DNA from: Eremomyces bilateralis CBS 781.70
Lineage: Eukaryota
Reading direction: 5' to 3' (one strand)
NCBI GenBank assembly: GCA_010015585.1
Contig: ML975154.1
DNA length: 62,200 nucleotides
The position numbers were made by a program, and so were the translations under genes. How positions within the stretch are numbered: position 1 is the stretch's first letter; the number at the start of each line of letters is the position of its first letter. This document shows, one piece after another, positions 1 to 13,255 of this stretch. Below the pieces are notes generated by a model that was given only the letters and a program-made list of their open reading frames with translations, was not told where the DNA came from and made no database searches.

Positions 1-126
1 AGCCGTGCTATGAGTGGACTTTCCGATAAGAACGTGAACATCTTTCGCTTCAACGAGTATGGCATGGGGACGATCAACAGCATGAAGAGGACCATCTCTG
101 CCATCAGCAGGAGGAAGACCTATTAA
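1..126 (+). CDS. Possible 3' end of a gene starting left of the window (…SRAMSGLSDKNVNIFRFNEYGMGTINSMKRTISAISRRKTY*)
   Basis: Frame 1 is open from base 1 to TAA at 124-126 with coding-like composition. The family is not recognised. Confidence 0.35.
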   Translation, partial: SRAMSGLSDKNVNIFRFNEYGMGTINSMKRTISAISRRKTY

Positions 127-921
127 GGTGTTAATCGGACGTTGGTCGCTGTACACTTGAACCGAATACAACGTACAAGACTGTAGTAGAGCGTCATCTT
201 GCCCAGGTCAGGACCTCTGAGAAGAAGTCTGGATGAGAAGTTGCTGTACAAAAGGGCACAAAATCTTGTGCTTAAGTTCAGAGAGGAATACACAAAGGTA
301 TTTCAAGGACAGCTTTCGGAATATTGCAAGTGAGATGAAGGACAGGTGTTTATAAGAGAAGTTGAAGTGTGAGGCTTGGTTTGCAAAGAAGGATCACGTT
401 GCTCTCTCCATGGTCTCTGTGTGTTTACGTCACTTCCAGTCTGATCACTCAGTCAAACTCTCCAGTGTTTTCAGGGGTGCTAGTCAATCAGCCAATCAGC
501 TGTTGATTTACAGAACCTTACCTATTCTGCAGGGTATTACTTAGTAAGCCAGTATTCAAGACATGGCACCTTGGCATAAATATGAAGAAGTGAATATGTA
601 TTCGGAATAATATTCCAGGTGAATTTATTCTAGGAGATAATTCGTCTCCTAGTTAGAAGTTCAGGTGAAGTTAAGCGGGCAGTCATCTATTGCTCAATTG
701 CTACTGTTCAGCTTGCTAGCCCCATCAACGCTTCGCCTCTCGCCCCTCCATAAAATTTTGACGAGATACGCAATTCTTTGCAGCTCTCACATGCAGTTAT
801 TACTGGCGGCATTTATTCTCTACGACTGGTATTTTAGGCCGAGCGTTTAAATCATTCTTAATTTCATCCACGGGGCCTCTCCGATAAGAAACCCCATCAT
901 CGCCTCCCTAACGTAGCAACG

Positions 922-3215
922 ATGGAAAATGAATCCGTCGATCACCCTGTCTTGCCAAAAGTCACTCGCGCTACGCATGGTTTGGACTCGGAAGTTCAAG
1001 AATCACCGTCGAAACGGGCCAAATTGGACAATGGAGTCTCAAACAATGACCCCAATCCTGGAACCCAACGTGAACCTGCTCCTAGAGAGAAGGGCGTCGC
1101 GCCGGTGAAAGCAGAGTACGCCCTCCATTGCCTAAAGTCATGGCAAAGCACAAATTAACTATTAGAATAGATACCTGATCTTCCCGAAACCGGAAGAAGG
1201 AATAGTCAAAGGCCGTCAAGCTGACGATGATGCCGCCGAGCTCACGGGCAACCATGAAGTGGAGCGGCATCGAGGCGAGAAGCCCCCGGCCAAGAAAGAC
1301 AAGAAGTTCAAAGATAAGAAGTCTAAAGACAAGGGGCAGAACAAAAGCCGCAAATTCGGCAGCTCACACGATGCGTTGAGGCTTTGCACCACAAGAGCGT
1401 TGTATCCCGAGTTCTCCCCTCGAGAGTGTCCTTTCGGAGAGAAGTGCAAAAACGAACACGATATCAGGAAGTACCTCGCCGAGGGAAGGCGTGGGGACCT
1501 AACTACCTTCGACGGACAGTGCCCCTTGTTCGATGAACTCAATTTCTGTTCCTATGGCTGGAAGTGCCGGTTTGTTGGATCCCACTCGAGCGAACGGACG
1601 TTAGAAGACGGGAGAAAAGAACTCTATCTAATCGACAATCGTACCGAGGAGGCCAAAAAAGCGACATCTACCGAAGATCATGAGCATGGAATCGTCAATG
1701 TCATCCCCACACAGTCGCGATTCGACCTGTCACGAAAGCGGCTCAAGACTGAGAAATCGGACATTTATCTGCAGTATCTCTCCGGCCTTGCGGACTGGAA
1801 CGAAATCCGAAGAGAGGGCGGGAAGGGGCCGGCAGATGAAGCGTCGGAGAATGGCGACGCGGAGAAGGCCGAGATCGAGGACAATCGCGCGACATACAAG
1901 GAGCCACCGTTCCGAGCGTCCGAGAAGAGGAAGCTTTATTACGGAACCGAGACGCCGATTCTTGCGCCATTGACGACCCAGGGCAACCTACCATTCCGAA
2001 GACTTTGCGTCGGACTGGGTGCTCAGGTGACCTGGTCGGAAATGGCCATGGGAATGCCGCTGGTTCAGGGCGAGAAAGGAGAATGGGCACTTCTGAGGGC
2101 CCACGAGTCCGAAACCAAGCCACCAGCGTTCCAATCCAAAGGAACGGTGGTCCAAGACTATGACAACGCGCGAGATTTGAAATTCGGCGCGCAAGTAGCG
2201 GCTCACAAGCCATGGGTTGCCCTCAAAACGACCGAGATCCTACAAAAGTACTGTCCATCACTTCGGGCCATCGATCTGAACTGTGGCTGCCCCATCGACC
2301 TTGTCTACGAGCAGGGCGCTGGATCCGCCCTCCTGGACCGGTCCGCGAAACTGGAGACCATTCTGCGCTCGATGAATGATATATCTGGTGAGATCCCCAT
2401 CACGGTCAAGATCCGAATGGGGACGAAAGACAAGGAGCCAACGGCACACAAGTTGGTGAAGCGATTGATGCTTGGGGGTGTCGAGGCGCCTTACCCGTGC
2501 GGTGTGGCGGCAATTACGCTCCATGGCCGGAGTAGAGAGCAGCGATACACCAAGCGAGCGAACTGGGAATACATCGCAGAATGTGCGGCGGTCATCAAGC
2601 GAATGAACCAGGAAATGAACGAGGTCGCCGACACGGTTCGCGAGCCCGATGCCCGCAACCTTCCGAACAACAACGTCTATTTCGTCGGCAACGGAGACGT
2701 CTACTCGCACGTCGACTACCAAGAACACCTGACGAACGGTCTCGTCGATTCCGTCATGATCGCCCGCGGCGCGCTCATCAAACCGTGGATCTTCGAGGAA
2801 ATCGAGAAGGGACAGTACCTCGACAAATCCGCCAGCGAGCGACTCGCCTATATCGAGCAATTCGTCCGGTATGGGTTGGAGACGTGGGGCTCGGACGAGA
2901 TGGGCATTGGGAGTACGCGTCGTTTCTTGCTGGAATGGCTGTCGTTCAGTTGGAGATATACGCCCGTCGGGCTCCTCGAGCATCTCCCTCCGCACATCCA
3001 GGATCGACCTCCTCGTTACCGGGGACGGAACGATTTGGAGACGCTGATGGCCAGTGATAATCACAGAGACTGGATTAAGATCAGGTAAGGGATTCACTTC
3101 GAAAATGAACTATCGCCAACTAACTGTCTGCAGTGAGATGTTCCTCGGCCCTGCTCATCCGGATTTCAGATTTGAGCCAAAGCATAAGTCCAACAGCTAC
3201 GATGTGCAAGGCTAA
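922..3215 (+). CDS. DUS3: tRNA-dihydrouridine(47) synthase Dus3, 3 exons (922-1115, 1171-3084, 3134-3215)
   Basis: Motifs [34 protein letters not shown] and [11 protein letters not shown], plus N-terminal CCCH fingers. GT-AG introns restore the frame and the C-terminal [10 protein letters not shown]. Confidence 0.95.
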
Positions 3216-3515
3216 ATCGTGATCAACGATCAGGGGTATTTAGATGCGAGAGGATAGAGGCTGGGGATCAGCTGTCCGAATTACTTGCATTAAGCCTTGC
3301 GGTAGGCTTATATAGTTCTAATTCGGAACTTGTACATAAGCTCAGCTTTAGTCTTCCAGCCGCCATCAAAACCCAAGTCTATAGAGGTTATCCCATTACC
3401 GTAATATGTATCTGTTCCAGAACACCCGTTGCGCATCAAGACCTAGAGTCTGTATCCCCTAGGCACGAGTGCCGATTTATCCGTATCCAATATGTGCTCT
3501 CGCTCCTCATGTCGC

Positions 3516-4724
3516 TCATTCCTCCGGGCCAGCAATTAGAATCTTGATCCCCTTAGCCGCATTTACGTCCTTGAAAGCATCCTCTGCTTCCTTGAACGAG
3601 ACCTTCTTCGAGATCAGTGGCTTCACATCCAGTCGATCCGAGGCGACCAGCTGTATAGCCAACCGATAATCATCTTCCGCATACCGGAACGACCCCTTAA
3701 TATTCAGCTCCTTCACGCACATTGTTGTGATCGGGAATGTGATCTCCGGCTTCCCCATCCCTGCCTGGCAAAACGACCCACCCGGCCGCAACGCATGCAT
3801 CGCCATTTGAATGCAGTACTCCGCCCCCGACGCATCAATCGCCTTATCCACTCCGGCACCAAAGTCGCCCTCCTCCACTAACCGCCTCCCCGCCTCCTCC
3901 GCGCTCTCCCCCCTCTTCGACATAAACCCCTCCGTCGCCGCATACTTCTTCGCGAACTCCAACCGCTCCTCATTGATATCCACGCTCACCACCCTTGTAG
4001 CCCCGAACGCCTTCGCCACCGCGCAGCACAGCAACCCCACCGGCCCCGCCCCGAACACCACCATCGTGCTCCCCGGCCGCACGTCCACCTGCTTGCACAC
4101 GTGCACCGCCACCGCCGCCGGCTCGATCAGCGCACCCTCCTCCAACGACACGGTCTCCGGCAACTTATAGCAGAAATCCTGCGGCAGGACATAGTACTTC
4201 GCTAGCGTGCCGTCGTACGGCGGGGTGGCCGCGAACCGCATGTCGGGGCACAGGTTGTAGCGGCCCTCCTTGCATCGCACACAGCTGCGACAGGCGATGC
4301 CGGGCTCGAGGGCGCAGCGGTCGCCGGGCTTCACGGAGGTGACGCCGTCGCCGACGCGGACGACAACGCCGGCGGATTCATGGCCGAGGACGATGGGGGC
4401 TTTGACGATGAAGGAGCCGATGGCGCCATGGGTCCAGTAGTGGACGTCGGAGCCGCAGATACCGGTTTGCTTGACGGCGATGAGGACGTCGGTGGGGGAT
4501 TTGAGGTCGGGGACCGGGCGGGACTCGTAGGCGAAGTTGCCGATGGATTTGAGAACGAAGGAGGGGTTCTGGGAGTTTGTCAGAATTGCGTTCAGGCATA
4601 GATGAGAGGTAGGAAAGGCATCTTGTTAGGAGAGAATAGAAAGCTCCAGATGGCGGGGTATAAAATGACAAGGCGGGACGCAGATTTCACCAGAATTGAG
4701 AGTTTCACATACATCGTTTGCCAT
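3516..4724 (-). CDS. XYL2: Xylitol/sorbitol dehydrogenase (Zn-dependent MDR family); 12-nt first exon 4724-4713, second exon 4568-3516
   Basis: GICGSDVHY, GHESAG, structural Zn motif CRSCVRCKEGRYNLC, GAGPVG Rossmann motif and GSFRY. The GTATGT…CTGAC…CAG intron joins MAND to NPSFVL. Confidence 0.9.
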
Positions 4725-4960
4725 GTTGTTAGTTATGAGGAACAGATTCGGGTCTCTAAGCAGGTTGATGAGATATAGACAGAGACAGAAGAAGCGAGTG
4801 TCGTGAACATCGCTTCTCTCTAATGTGTGCCCTCATGAAGAAATGGCTTATTATAATATGACGAACCCTTCAAGCATGGATCATGGTCTAAAGGCCTTGA
4901 TGCTGGAAATATTGCATCTGCTGGTCCGCATTTGGGAATTTGAGTGGAACGGAAATGGCA

Positions 4961-4967
4961 TTTAGCC
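4961..4967 (-). promoter_or_regulatory. Candidate XlnR/Xyr1 site GGCTAAA about 240 bp upstream of the xylitol dehydrogenase ATG
   Basis: TTTAGCC on the + strand matches the GGCTAA consensus, upstream of a pentose catabolic gene. The motif is short and could occur by chance. Confidence 0.35.
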
Positions 4968-5199
4968 TTTTATGATTTGATGATTTTATCCGACTCAATC
5001 GGAAGTTCCCCTGGACCAATCCGGATATTAGTACGGTATCTCCATGTTCAAAGTAGTAACGACATGCATACACGATGGAATTTGCCGACGATTTAGTATC
5101 TTCGAGAGTTTAAGAATTCTATTGCGTATCTACTCTCTAATGAATCTATCGTTCTATGTCGTTTAACGGATATCCATTACATGTCCATCATAGCAATAA

Positions 5200-6376
5200 T
5201 CACGCCCAAGTCCAAACCGACCACCAACAACGCACCTCCTCAACTTCAAAGTCATCCCCCCAATCATCCCGACCAACATCTTTCCCTTCGTCGACAACCT
5301 TCAGACCGACCCGCTCAAAGCAATCCCGAAAATTCGTAATCTCCTTCTGATATGCCACCCGCATCGGCAACTCGACTACGACCCGAGCTTCGGGCTTTCG
5401 CGACAGCCACGCGGTGACCGTATTGGCAAGCAGCATGCCGTGCTCCGTCGAATACACCGAGTCCGTGGCGACGATTGTGTCGAACAGGTCGACGGACTTT
5501 TGGACCGGAACCCGCCCTTCGTGGTAGTCGAAAACTTTGGTCGGATCCGTCCAGTCGAGGACGGCCACGGTTGCCTCGCCGCCTCGGCTTTCGATTAGGT
5601 CTTTGTTCAGTCCGGAATTGCGCTGGAGGTTGGGCACGATGTTAGGTAGGTCAGTGAGGAGGACCTCACGCCCGAGGATGGCGCTGGCCGCAAACCCGAC
5701 GAGGCCCGTCCCGGCACCCAGTTCAAGGATCGGTCCGCTAGAAAGGGTGAATGGTGATTCCGACTTCTGGAAATGCCAGTAGAATATTCTGCGCGCCAGG
5801 ACGAACGCGGACGCCCACGTTTTCCAGCCGAGATTATCGGCAGTGAGGGTAGGTTCGTGGATGATCATGTCCAGATTCTGCTGAGGAATCTCATGATTGA
5901 GCGGCTGGATGCGGAAGGTTCTCGTCATTGCGACCATCGCAGTCCTTCCAGAGCGTTCAGATAGTCGAAGACTTGCTCGCTCCCAGACGCGTTCTTGTTC
6001 GGACTCATCCCTGATCCACGCTAAGGGGCTGGAAATGATGGAAGTCAGATACTGGGTCACCCCTTCGGACCGGACTCTTGGTCTCTGGCTCTTCTTCCCA
6101 GGAGGATTTTCCGATTCTTCGTCCCATGATGGCAGCTCGACACATAGGAGTTCCAGTGCATCCAGTAGATCTACCGCCGATGGCTTTGTATAAAGCTGCG
6201 GCAGATCAAACACTAATAACCGGGTTAGCAACAAATCACGATGAGCAGAGAAATCGAGCTAGATCACAAAAATGGAAAATTTTGTGGATTTCCTGGATTT
6301 CCTGGATTTGCCACTTACCATGAATGGTCAGCTCGTCCTCGTCGCACTGCGACTGTGATAATTGCACTCCAACCAT
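5200..6376 (-). CDS. Family-16 SAM-dependent protein-lysine methyltransferase (Rrg1/Efm2-like); exons 6376-6319 and 6212-5200
   Basis: DLPQLY, RLSERSGRTA, DNLGWKTW, ILELGAGTGLVG, LTDLP and LDW motifs. GTAAGT…GCTAAC…TAG intron. Confidence 0.85.
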
Positions 6377-6579
6377 CGTATATCAAATATCGCTATCTTG
6401 GACAGTATATCACCAATGATTGCGAGCAACATCAAGGTTGAAATATTAAACAGGGGCGAATATTCGGAGGGCGTCAAGCTAACAATTTTTGTCCGGAAAT
6501 TTAGCTCGCTTCCTAAAAGGGTATAGCCGAGGCGAGGCTGGTGCATCCAGACCGCGAGATAATAAGGGTCATTTTAGGG

Positions 6580-7397
6580 TCATTTTCTGGTAAGCGTGGT
6601 TTTGAAACCATTGTAGGCCTGGTTCATATCGAACGAGAACTCTCGGGCTTGATCCTCCGTGAGCTTTTCCGCCGCTCGCATCTGGTTGAGCGTGATAAGC
6701 CATTCTACGATCTTGCCCTTGTTGTCGAAATCTTTGTCGGAGACTTCATTGACCGCCTGAATGATGTCGACTAAGAGGGGATGAAGTAGGTCTTTCTCGA
6801 CCATGCCGACTTTGATGGCATCGAGCAACGTGATGAAGTTCTCGGTGGCTGCAACAACCAAGGTCGCATTGGCTTCGCTACCTTGGGTCGCTGGTCGAGC
6901 GGATGGATGCTCGACTGTGGCTGGAAGGCCTACTCGCAACCGTTCAGTTGCTCGCGGGCATTCGATCTGGTACCTTTTAGCAATAGATTCGGAATGGATA
7001 GTCTGCTTGACTGACATCCCATGCACCCTTGAACGTTTCAAGATCCACGAACGCTTTGGATACCGTCTCATCGGACAAGTTGGACTTATACTGCTTGAGT
7101 AGACGGTTACACGTCTCCGTGTACTCAGCATCAGTCACTGAGTCTTTTAGATAGGCTCTCTCCAAGGCATCTAGAGTGACGATGATGCTATACACCTCCG
7201 CGAGAGACTCGTATAGGTCTCGTTCCGCACTTGTGGTGGACAACTTGACTTCCTGTAACGACATATTAGCCACTCCAGTAAATCCAAACCAATTTCTTAA
7301 GCCTCTATACCTCATCCAGGTTTATTGTAGCTGATAGATTGGATGTTGGAGTGTATGAGTATGGCGTCGGGGCGTAGGCCAACTGTCTCCTTGACAT
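6580..7397 (-). CDS. VPS28: ESCRT-I subunit Vps28, 3 exons
   Basis: YAPTPYSY…INLDE|EVKL, ERDLYESLAEVYSII, LERAYLKDS, ECPRATERL, FITLLDAIK, DLLHPLL and WLITLNQM. Confidence 0.95.
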
Positions 7398-7619
7398 GAT
7401 GGCGGTTTCTATGTGATGGCGGACTTCCCATCAACAGCATCCGATAAGGTCGAGATTGTCCAGTATTTCGCAGGATTCAATTTATTGGATATTACCCGTA
7501 TCTTCACCAGTTTCATTAAACGAAGTAGAAGATTGAAACATGATAGTAGACGACTCCAATGGATGAATACGTCAGGGTCAGAGGTGCGGAGAAGTGGCCC
7601 GGCGACAACATCCCTGTCC

Positions 7620-7628
7620 AAAATTTTC
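7620..7628. promoter_or_regulatory. RRPE-like element (GAAAATTTT) upstream of NOC2
   Basis: AAAATTTTC lies about 115 bp upstream of a ribosome-biogenesis gene. A similar AAAATTTT lies at 752-759, upstream of DUS3. Confidence 0.4.
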
Positions 7629-7741
7629 GACGAAGAATTTCGCTTTCCCAACTCTTCACCACTGTACATCCGATCCCTATGAAACCTTCATTCACGACCA
7701 CTCCCTAAATTCTACACCCGGAGTCCATCCGACACGTCAAG

Positions 7742-9985
7742 ATGGTTCAGGGCAAATCGACCAAGAAGTTCGAGAAGAAACATCTGAAGGATGTCCTCAA
7801 GAACCGCAAAAGCTTCGCGAAAATCAAGCAACGCCATCAGCTCTCCGACAAGAAAAAGGCCAAGCGGGCAAAGGATGCCGCGAATGGCGAGGATGACGAG
7901 GCCAAGCAGCACGATGCCGCCGCGAATCAGGCTTTTGAGAACATGACCGTGGACGAGTTCTTCCAGGGCGGGTTCGAGATCCCCGAGGCGCCGAAGAAGA
8001 AGAAGGGTTCAAAAGACAAGTCGCCGCTTGGGAAACGGAAGCGAGACCAACCAGTCGAAGATGAGGAAGCGGACGAATCATCGGAGGAATTCTCCGACGA
8101 CATGGGATCTTTGCAGGATGAGCCGGTCCAAGACGAGAGCGCATCGGAAGATGGGTCCGCGCCCGATGAGGACATGGACGACCACCAAGATCAGCTGGAG
8201 GCGCTGAAGACCAAGGATCCGGAGTTCTACAAATTCTTGCAGGAGAATGACACCGAATTGCTAGATTTTGAGAAGAGCCAACTCGGCGAGGACGAGGACG
8301 ACGATATGGTTGACGAAAGCGCCGCTGCCGCTGCCGGGGCGGAGGAAGAGGGGGAGACCACCGGACAAGAAGAGCTGACACAAGCGACTTTGGACAAGTG
8401 GAAAACAGCCTTGAAAGAGAAGAAGTCGCTGCGCGCGGTGCGAGAGATCACCGTCGCGTTCCGAGCGGCAGCACATCTGAACGAGGAGAACGGGAAGGTC
8501 TACCGATACTCGATCACGAACTCGGATATATATCACGACCTCCTGGTCACGGCATTGAAGGAGATCCCCCCGGTCCTCGAGCACCACATCCCCGTCACCG
8601 AAGCGAAGAACGGCAAAACCCGCGTCGACATGAACTCGAAGCACTTCCGATCGCTGACCGCGGTGCTGAAGTCGCACATGATGGCGATGCAGCACCTGAT
8701 GCAGAACCTCTCGGACGCCGCGACGTTACGCCTGACCGTGTCTTCCGCCGTCCCGCTGCTGCCGTACATCCTGACATTCAAGAAGGTCGTCCGCGAGATC
8801 GTCCGCACGATCGTGGACATCTGGGCCGATGCGTCCAACGCCCAGGCGACGCGGATCGCCGCATACCTCGTCCTCCGCCGGTTGACTGTCATCGGCGACC
8901 CGGGCACGCGGGACGACGTGCTCAAAACGGTGTACCAAGGCCTGGTGAAGGGCAGCCGCAACACGACAGTGCATACGCTCCCGGGCATCAACCTCATGAA
9001 GAACTCGGCGTCCGAGCTCTGGGGCATGGACGCCAGCGTCGGGTACACGACGGGCTTCACTTTCATCCGTCAGCTCGCGATCCACCTGCGCAATAGCATC
9101 AAGCAGAACGCCAACGACTCCTACAAAGCCATCTACAACTGGCAATACGTGCACTCCCTCGACTTCTGGTCGCGCGTCGTCGCCGCCCACTGCAACCCCC
9201 TCGCCCCTACCTCCGACGCCACCGACGCCCCTCTCCGCCCCCTTATCTACCCCACCGTCCAACTCACCCTCGGCGCCCTTCGCCTCATCCCCTCCCCACA
9301 ATACTATCCCCTCCGCTTCCATCTCCTCCGCTCCCTCCTCCGCATCGCCGCATCCACCAACACCTACATCCCCCTCGCCCCCGCCCTCTACGAGGTCCTC
9401 AACTCCCCCGAACTCCGCAAGCCCGCCAAGGCCAGCACCCTCAAGCCCCTCGACTTCGACGTCGCCATCCGCGCCCCGAAGACCTACCTCCGCACCCGCA
9501 CCTACCAGGACGGCGTCGGTGAGCAGGTTGCCGAGCTCCTCGCCGAGTCGTTCGCGCCGTGGTGCACGAGTGTCGCGTTCCCGGAGCTTGTCCTCCCTGT
9601 CACGGTGACCGTCAAGCGCTGGCTGAAAGACGTCGGCAAGGGCAGTTCGGGGAACAAGAACGGCAAGGTCAACAGCCTGGTCAGCATCGTGGTGCAGAAG
9701 CTGGAGGCGAACGCGCGGTGGATCGAGACGCGGCGGGCGAAGGTGGAGTTCGCGCCGAATGATCGGGCCGGGGTGGAGGGATTTTTGAAGGGGATAGAGT
9801 GGGAGGGGACACCGTTGGGGGCGTATGTGGCGGGTCAGAGGAAGGGGAAGGAGGAGAGGCGGAAGGTGGTGGAGAAGGGGAGGAAGGAGGAGGAGGGGAG
9901 GAGGAGGAGGGAGAAGGAGGTGGAGAGGAGGGAGAAGATGGTAGAGGCGGAGGGGTTTGGGGAGAGTGAGGAGGAGGACGAATAG
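7742..9985 (+). CDS. NOC2: Nucleolar complex protein 2 (ribosome biogenesis)
   Basis: KSTKKFEKKHL, LKTKDPEFYKFLQEND, FIRQLAIHLRNS, YNWQYVHSLDFW and YYPLRFH in a single 747-aa ORF. Confidence 0.95.
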   Translation: MVQGKSTKKFEKKHLKDVLKNRKSFAKIKQRHQLSDKKKAKRAKDAANGEDDEAKQHDAAANQAFENMTVDEFFQGGFEIPEAPKKKKGSKDKSPLGKRKRDQPVEDEEADESSEEFSDDMGSLQDEPVQDESASEDGSAPDEDMDDHQDQLEALKTKDPEFYKFLQENDTELLDFEKSQLGEDEDDDMVDESAAAAAGAEEEGETTGQEELTQATLDKWKTALKEKKSLRAVREITVAFRAAAHLNEENGKVYRYSITNSDIYHDLLVTALKEIPPVLEHHIPVTEAKNGKTRVDMNSKHFRSLTAVLKSHMMAMQHLMQNLSDAATLRLTVSSAVPLLPYILTFKKVVREIVRTIVDIWADASNAQATRIAAYLVLRRLTVIGDPGTRDDVLKTVYQGLVKGSRNTTVHTLPGINLMKNSASELWGMDASVGYTTGFTFIRQLAIHLRNSIKQNANDSYKAIYNWQYVHSLDFWSRVVAAHCNPLAPTSDATDAPLRPLIYPTVQLTLGALRLIPSPQYYPLRFHLLRSLLRIAASTNTYIPLAPALYEVLNSPELRKPAKASTLKPLDFDVAIRAPKTYLRTRTYQDGVGEQVAELLAESFAPWCTSVAFPELVLPVTVTVKRWLKDVGKGSSGNKNGKVNSLVSIVVQKLEANARWIETRRAKVEFAPNDRAGVEGFLKGIEWEGTPLGAYVAGQRKGKEERRKVVEKGRKEEEGRRRREKEVERREKMVEAEGFGESEEEDE

Positions 9986-10301
9986 GCGTTGTAATTGTAT
10001 ATATCAAATACGGTGGGAGTGTTCGACGCTCAGCATCGAAAAGCGAGCGTGTAGACGACGTTGGAGAATATTGGCTTCAATTCATGTCTTTTCCGTGTCT
10101 CATCCCATCTATCCGGACTCCACCTATGCAATGCTAATAATACAATCCACCGTGAACGTCCAGTGTTCGTTAAGTTCATACGCATCTTCCTCATCATAAA
10201 CCCAACTTTTCTCCTTCCATCCCCTCATCGCCTCACCACCAAGCATCCCAAATCCCTCCATCCCAATATCCTGTCTCCACAAGATCTTTCCCAAGACCAT
10301 C

Positions 10302-11834
10302 TCATCGACCCAACCCCCCCGACATCTCCGCCGCCGTCGCCGCCCCCACAATCGCCCCCACAATCCGACTAATCGGCACCAACGCCCCCGGCCTCACGTT
10401 CTCCTCCACTGTCGCCGGCCCCGTCACGCTCGATGACGACCCCGCACTGCTCGCCGACCCCGGATTCGCCCTCCCCGGCTCCTCGGCCGGCGGGCCCGGA
10501 ACCTCGCTGGGACCCGGAAGCCTGACCGCAGGATCGGTCACGTTCCCCGCCTTCCTCGGTGCCCCTCCATTCGCGACTAGCAGCGCCTGCACGGCCTCCA
10601 GGGCGCTCATCTGTTCGCCGAGGCCCTCCATGCCGTCCCAATCGCCGGTATCCCAACGATGTCCGCAGGTGACACCATCGTCGCCGCCGGAGCAGGAAGT
10701 CGCGGCGGCGCGGGCGTTGGTTTCGATGAGGGGGCGGATCTGCGCGGCGAGGTCGGGGAAGAGGAGGGAGGCTTTGGCGAGCCAGCGGAACATATAGGCC
10801 TTGAAGGAGCGCATGTCGGTGTTGCACGTGTCGTAGGGCTCGCAGGCGGCCTCGTACATGATGTCGGTGGCGTTGGGGGCGGGGGTGAAGAAGGTGGAAG
10901 TGGCGGAGACGAGGAGGCCGCGGGTGCGGTCGGACCAGGTTTGGGTGTCGGGGGAGGTGGGGTCATGGGCGGCGGAGATGTTGTAGAGGTGGGCGGCACC
11001 GTGGAGGTAGACGGCGACGTTGTAGCTGAATTGCAGGTGGTTCAGATCGCTGCAGTTTTTCTTGTCGTCGGTGCCGTCGAAGACTTGGAAGGAGGGGGAG
11101 ATGAGCCCGATTGCTTCGGACCAGTTCCACGCCTTGTTCGCCCACTCGATGTAGGTGGTGTTTCCGGTGTAGCGCGCGAGACGAGCCGCCATCTGGAAGT
11201 AGGCGCCGTTGCTGATGGCGTTCTTGTAGTTGTATCCGTAGTCATTCTCCGGGTATATCTGCCACTTGAGCCCACCTCCACAGGACCCCATGTCCCACCG
11301 TGGCGTCTGAGTGTTGATCAATGCCTCCACCAACTGCAACCAGCTGGGTTTTCCGGTCGAAGGTGGAGGGTTGGGGAAACCATTCTCAATGCAGTTCAAG
11401 AGAGCGAGTCCCCAAAATGCTTGATCATCGTTCCCCTCGTCGAATTTATGCTCGGGGACCATATAGTCGTTGTCCGGACCTGTCTGTGCTAGAAGCGCGG
11501 TCGTGGTGGTCTCGACATATTGGGTATCTCCAGTGTATGCCGCATAGTCCACCAGTCCTCCCCATGCTGCACCAGACTGCCACCAATAGTAGGGAGGGTA
11601 TTCGAAAAGGCCGACTTTCGCTTGCTCGGCGTCAGGACCACCGTTAGGGTATAGAGAAATCAGTTTGCCCGCTATCGTTGAAGCAGCCTCCTTGATCGAT
11701 GCTGAGATGCATGAGTTTGATGGTTTACATTATCAAGAACGACATGCACACAACTCACTTTCATTTTGTATGTCGAGCTCCAACCCCAGGGTTAGTGACA
11801 AGAGGGGCAGAAAAGAAGCAAGAAGACGAAACAT
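10302..11834 (-). CDS. GH76 mannan endo-1,6-alpha-mannosidase (Dfg5/Dcw1 family), secreted, one 5' intron
   Basis: Signal peptide MFRLLASFLPLLSLTLG, then PYYWWQSGAAWG, catalytic NDDQAFWG, CGGGLKWQI, YKNAISNG and GLGEQMSAL. Confidence 0.9.
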
Positions 11835-13255
11835 GGCGGGGCGCTCAAAGAGTCAACAAACGAATGAAGGACGAAACAGCGAGGGTGGTTGTAATTGTTT
11901 GTATCAAGTATAGCGATCTCTGAAGACAAATATCTATCGCCAAAAAGAAGGATTGTATTGTGTGGCAACTCAACACGAAAGGAACGAAGGGACCAGCCTG
12001 GCAAAAGGGAAAGTGTGTGATGGTGGATTGCCACGAGGCGCCACTGGATTTTCGTACCTCTAACCCGTGAAAAGCGGAGGTGAATGCCAATGGACATGTG
12101 AACAATGACTCAATCACTCTGCGTCGGATCATTCAATCATAATGGAACAATTGGAACCGCAAACCCACACCCAGCGCAGCATGCCACGATATATGAAGTG
12201 AAGTCCGAATGTTTGGAAGCGGTGGCAAAGCGACGGTGCATCTCTGCTATTCATAGTTCAGGTCCAGGTGTCTAGCAATCCAGACCATCTCGGGATCCAG
12301 GGCAAGAATACGGGCCCTTCCGAGGCTGCTACAAAGAATCATCATGGCATTTTGTGTATCGGCGGTTGCGAATGGTCGTAGACATGTGGTTGAGTGGTGG
12401 TGAGGTGAGGAAGATGAAGGATGGGGAGGACAAGGATGTTTCGAAACGCTGGTGGTGGAACCAATCGGCGCGAGTCATGCGGAGAGATGCTTGGTGTTTG
12501 ATTCACCATTCGTCCTTAACCGCTGCGTGCACACGGAATACTGTCGCGTCCAACTGAATGCCTCTCATCATGATCGTCATACATAATACGATACACGCTA
12601 AAGCCCTTCTCCCTTCCTCGCGCTGCGGCGTTGTTACTTGCCTCCCATCGAACTCCCATGAGATAGTAAGCCATCAGGATCACTGGTACCGACAACCACA
12701 CATGCGGATCACCATCCCAACCGGTGGTTCGCCAATCCATTCGCCACCCGATCCAGGCACCCTCCGCCTCCCATTGGTACCCACCCGTTTCATCACGATG
12801 CATGCGCCTCACCGGAGTCGTTTCGAACTGATGGGTGGCGCCGGGCCTGGAATGGCAGTCGGGGATGCGGTCACGCTCGGTACGAGCCAGATCATCAAAT
12901 GTGAATTATGACTTTACTTTATGAGGGCTTACGGCCGGACGGTGGACATTGGTGTCCAATGAAATCCACGCCAGAAGGATTGCGAATAGGAAATTAGTTA
13001 TGTACAGGTGAATTGGATGGAAAGAAACAGCCCGCAGCAAATGCCCTAAGTGGGTATCAATACCTGATCAATTTCTGGCCGATGGGCAGTTCAGCGGCGA
13101 CCTGGAGAGTTTAAAAAAAGTATCTGGAAATTTAGACATAGGATAAAGTGAGTGGAAACCCGGACTCGGGTCGTCGGGACTTGCGTGGAGCCATCCAGGA
13201 CTGAAATGCCGGCCGGCGATAGCGGCCACGACTTCGAAATGGCCGTGATACGAAA

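Noticed and set aside
7824..11492. Long antisense and alternate-frame ORFs over NOC2 and GH76 (also over DUS3, RSM7, RFC2, NPL4)
   Set aside because: They are shadows of GC-rich codon usage, with low-complexity products and no motifs.
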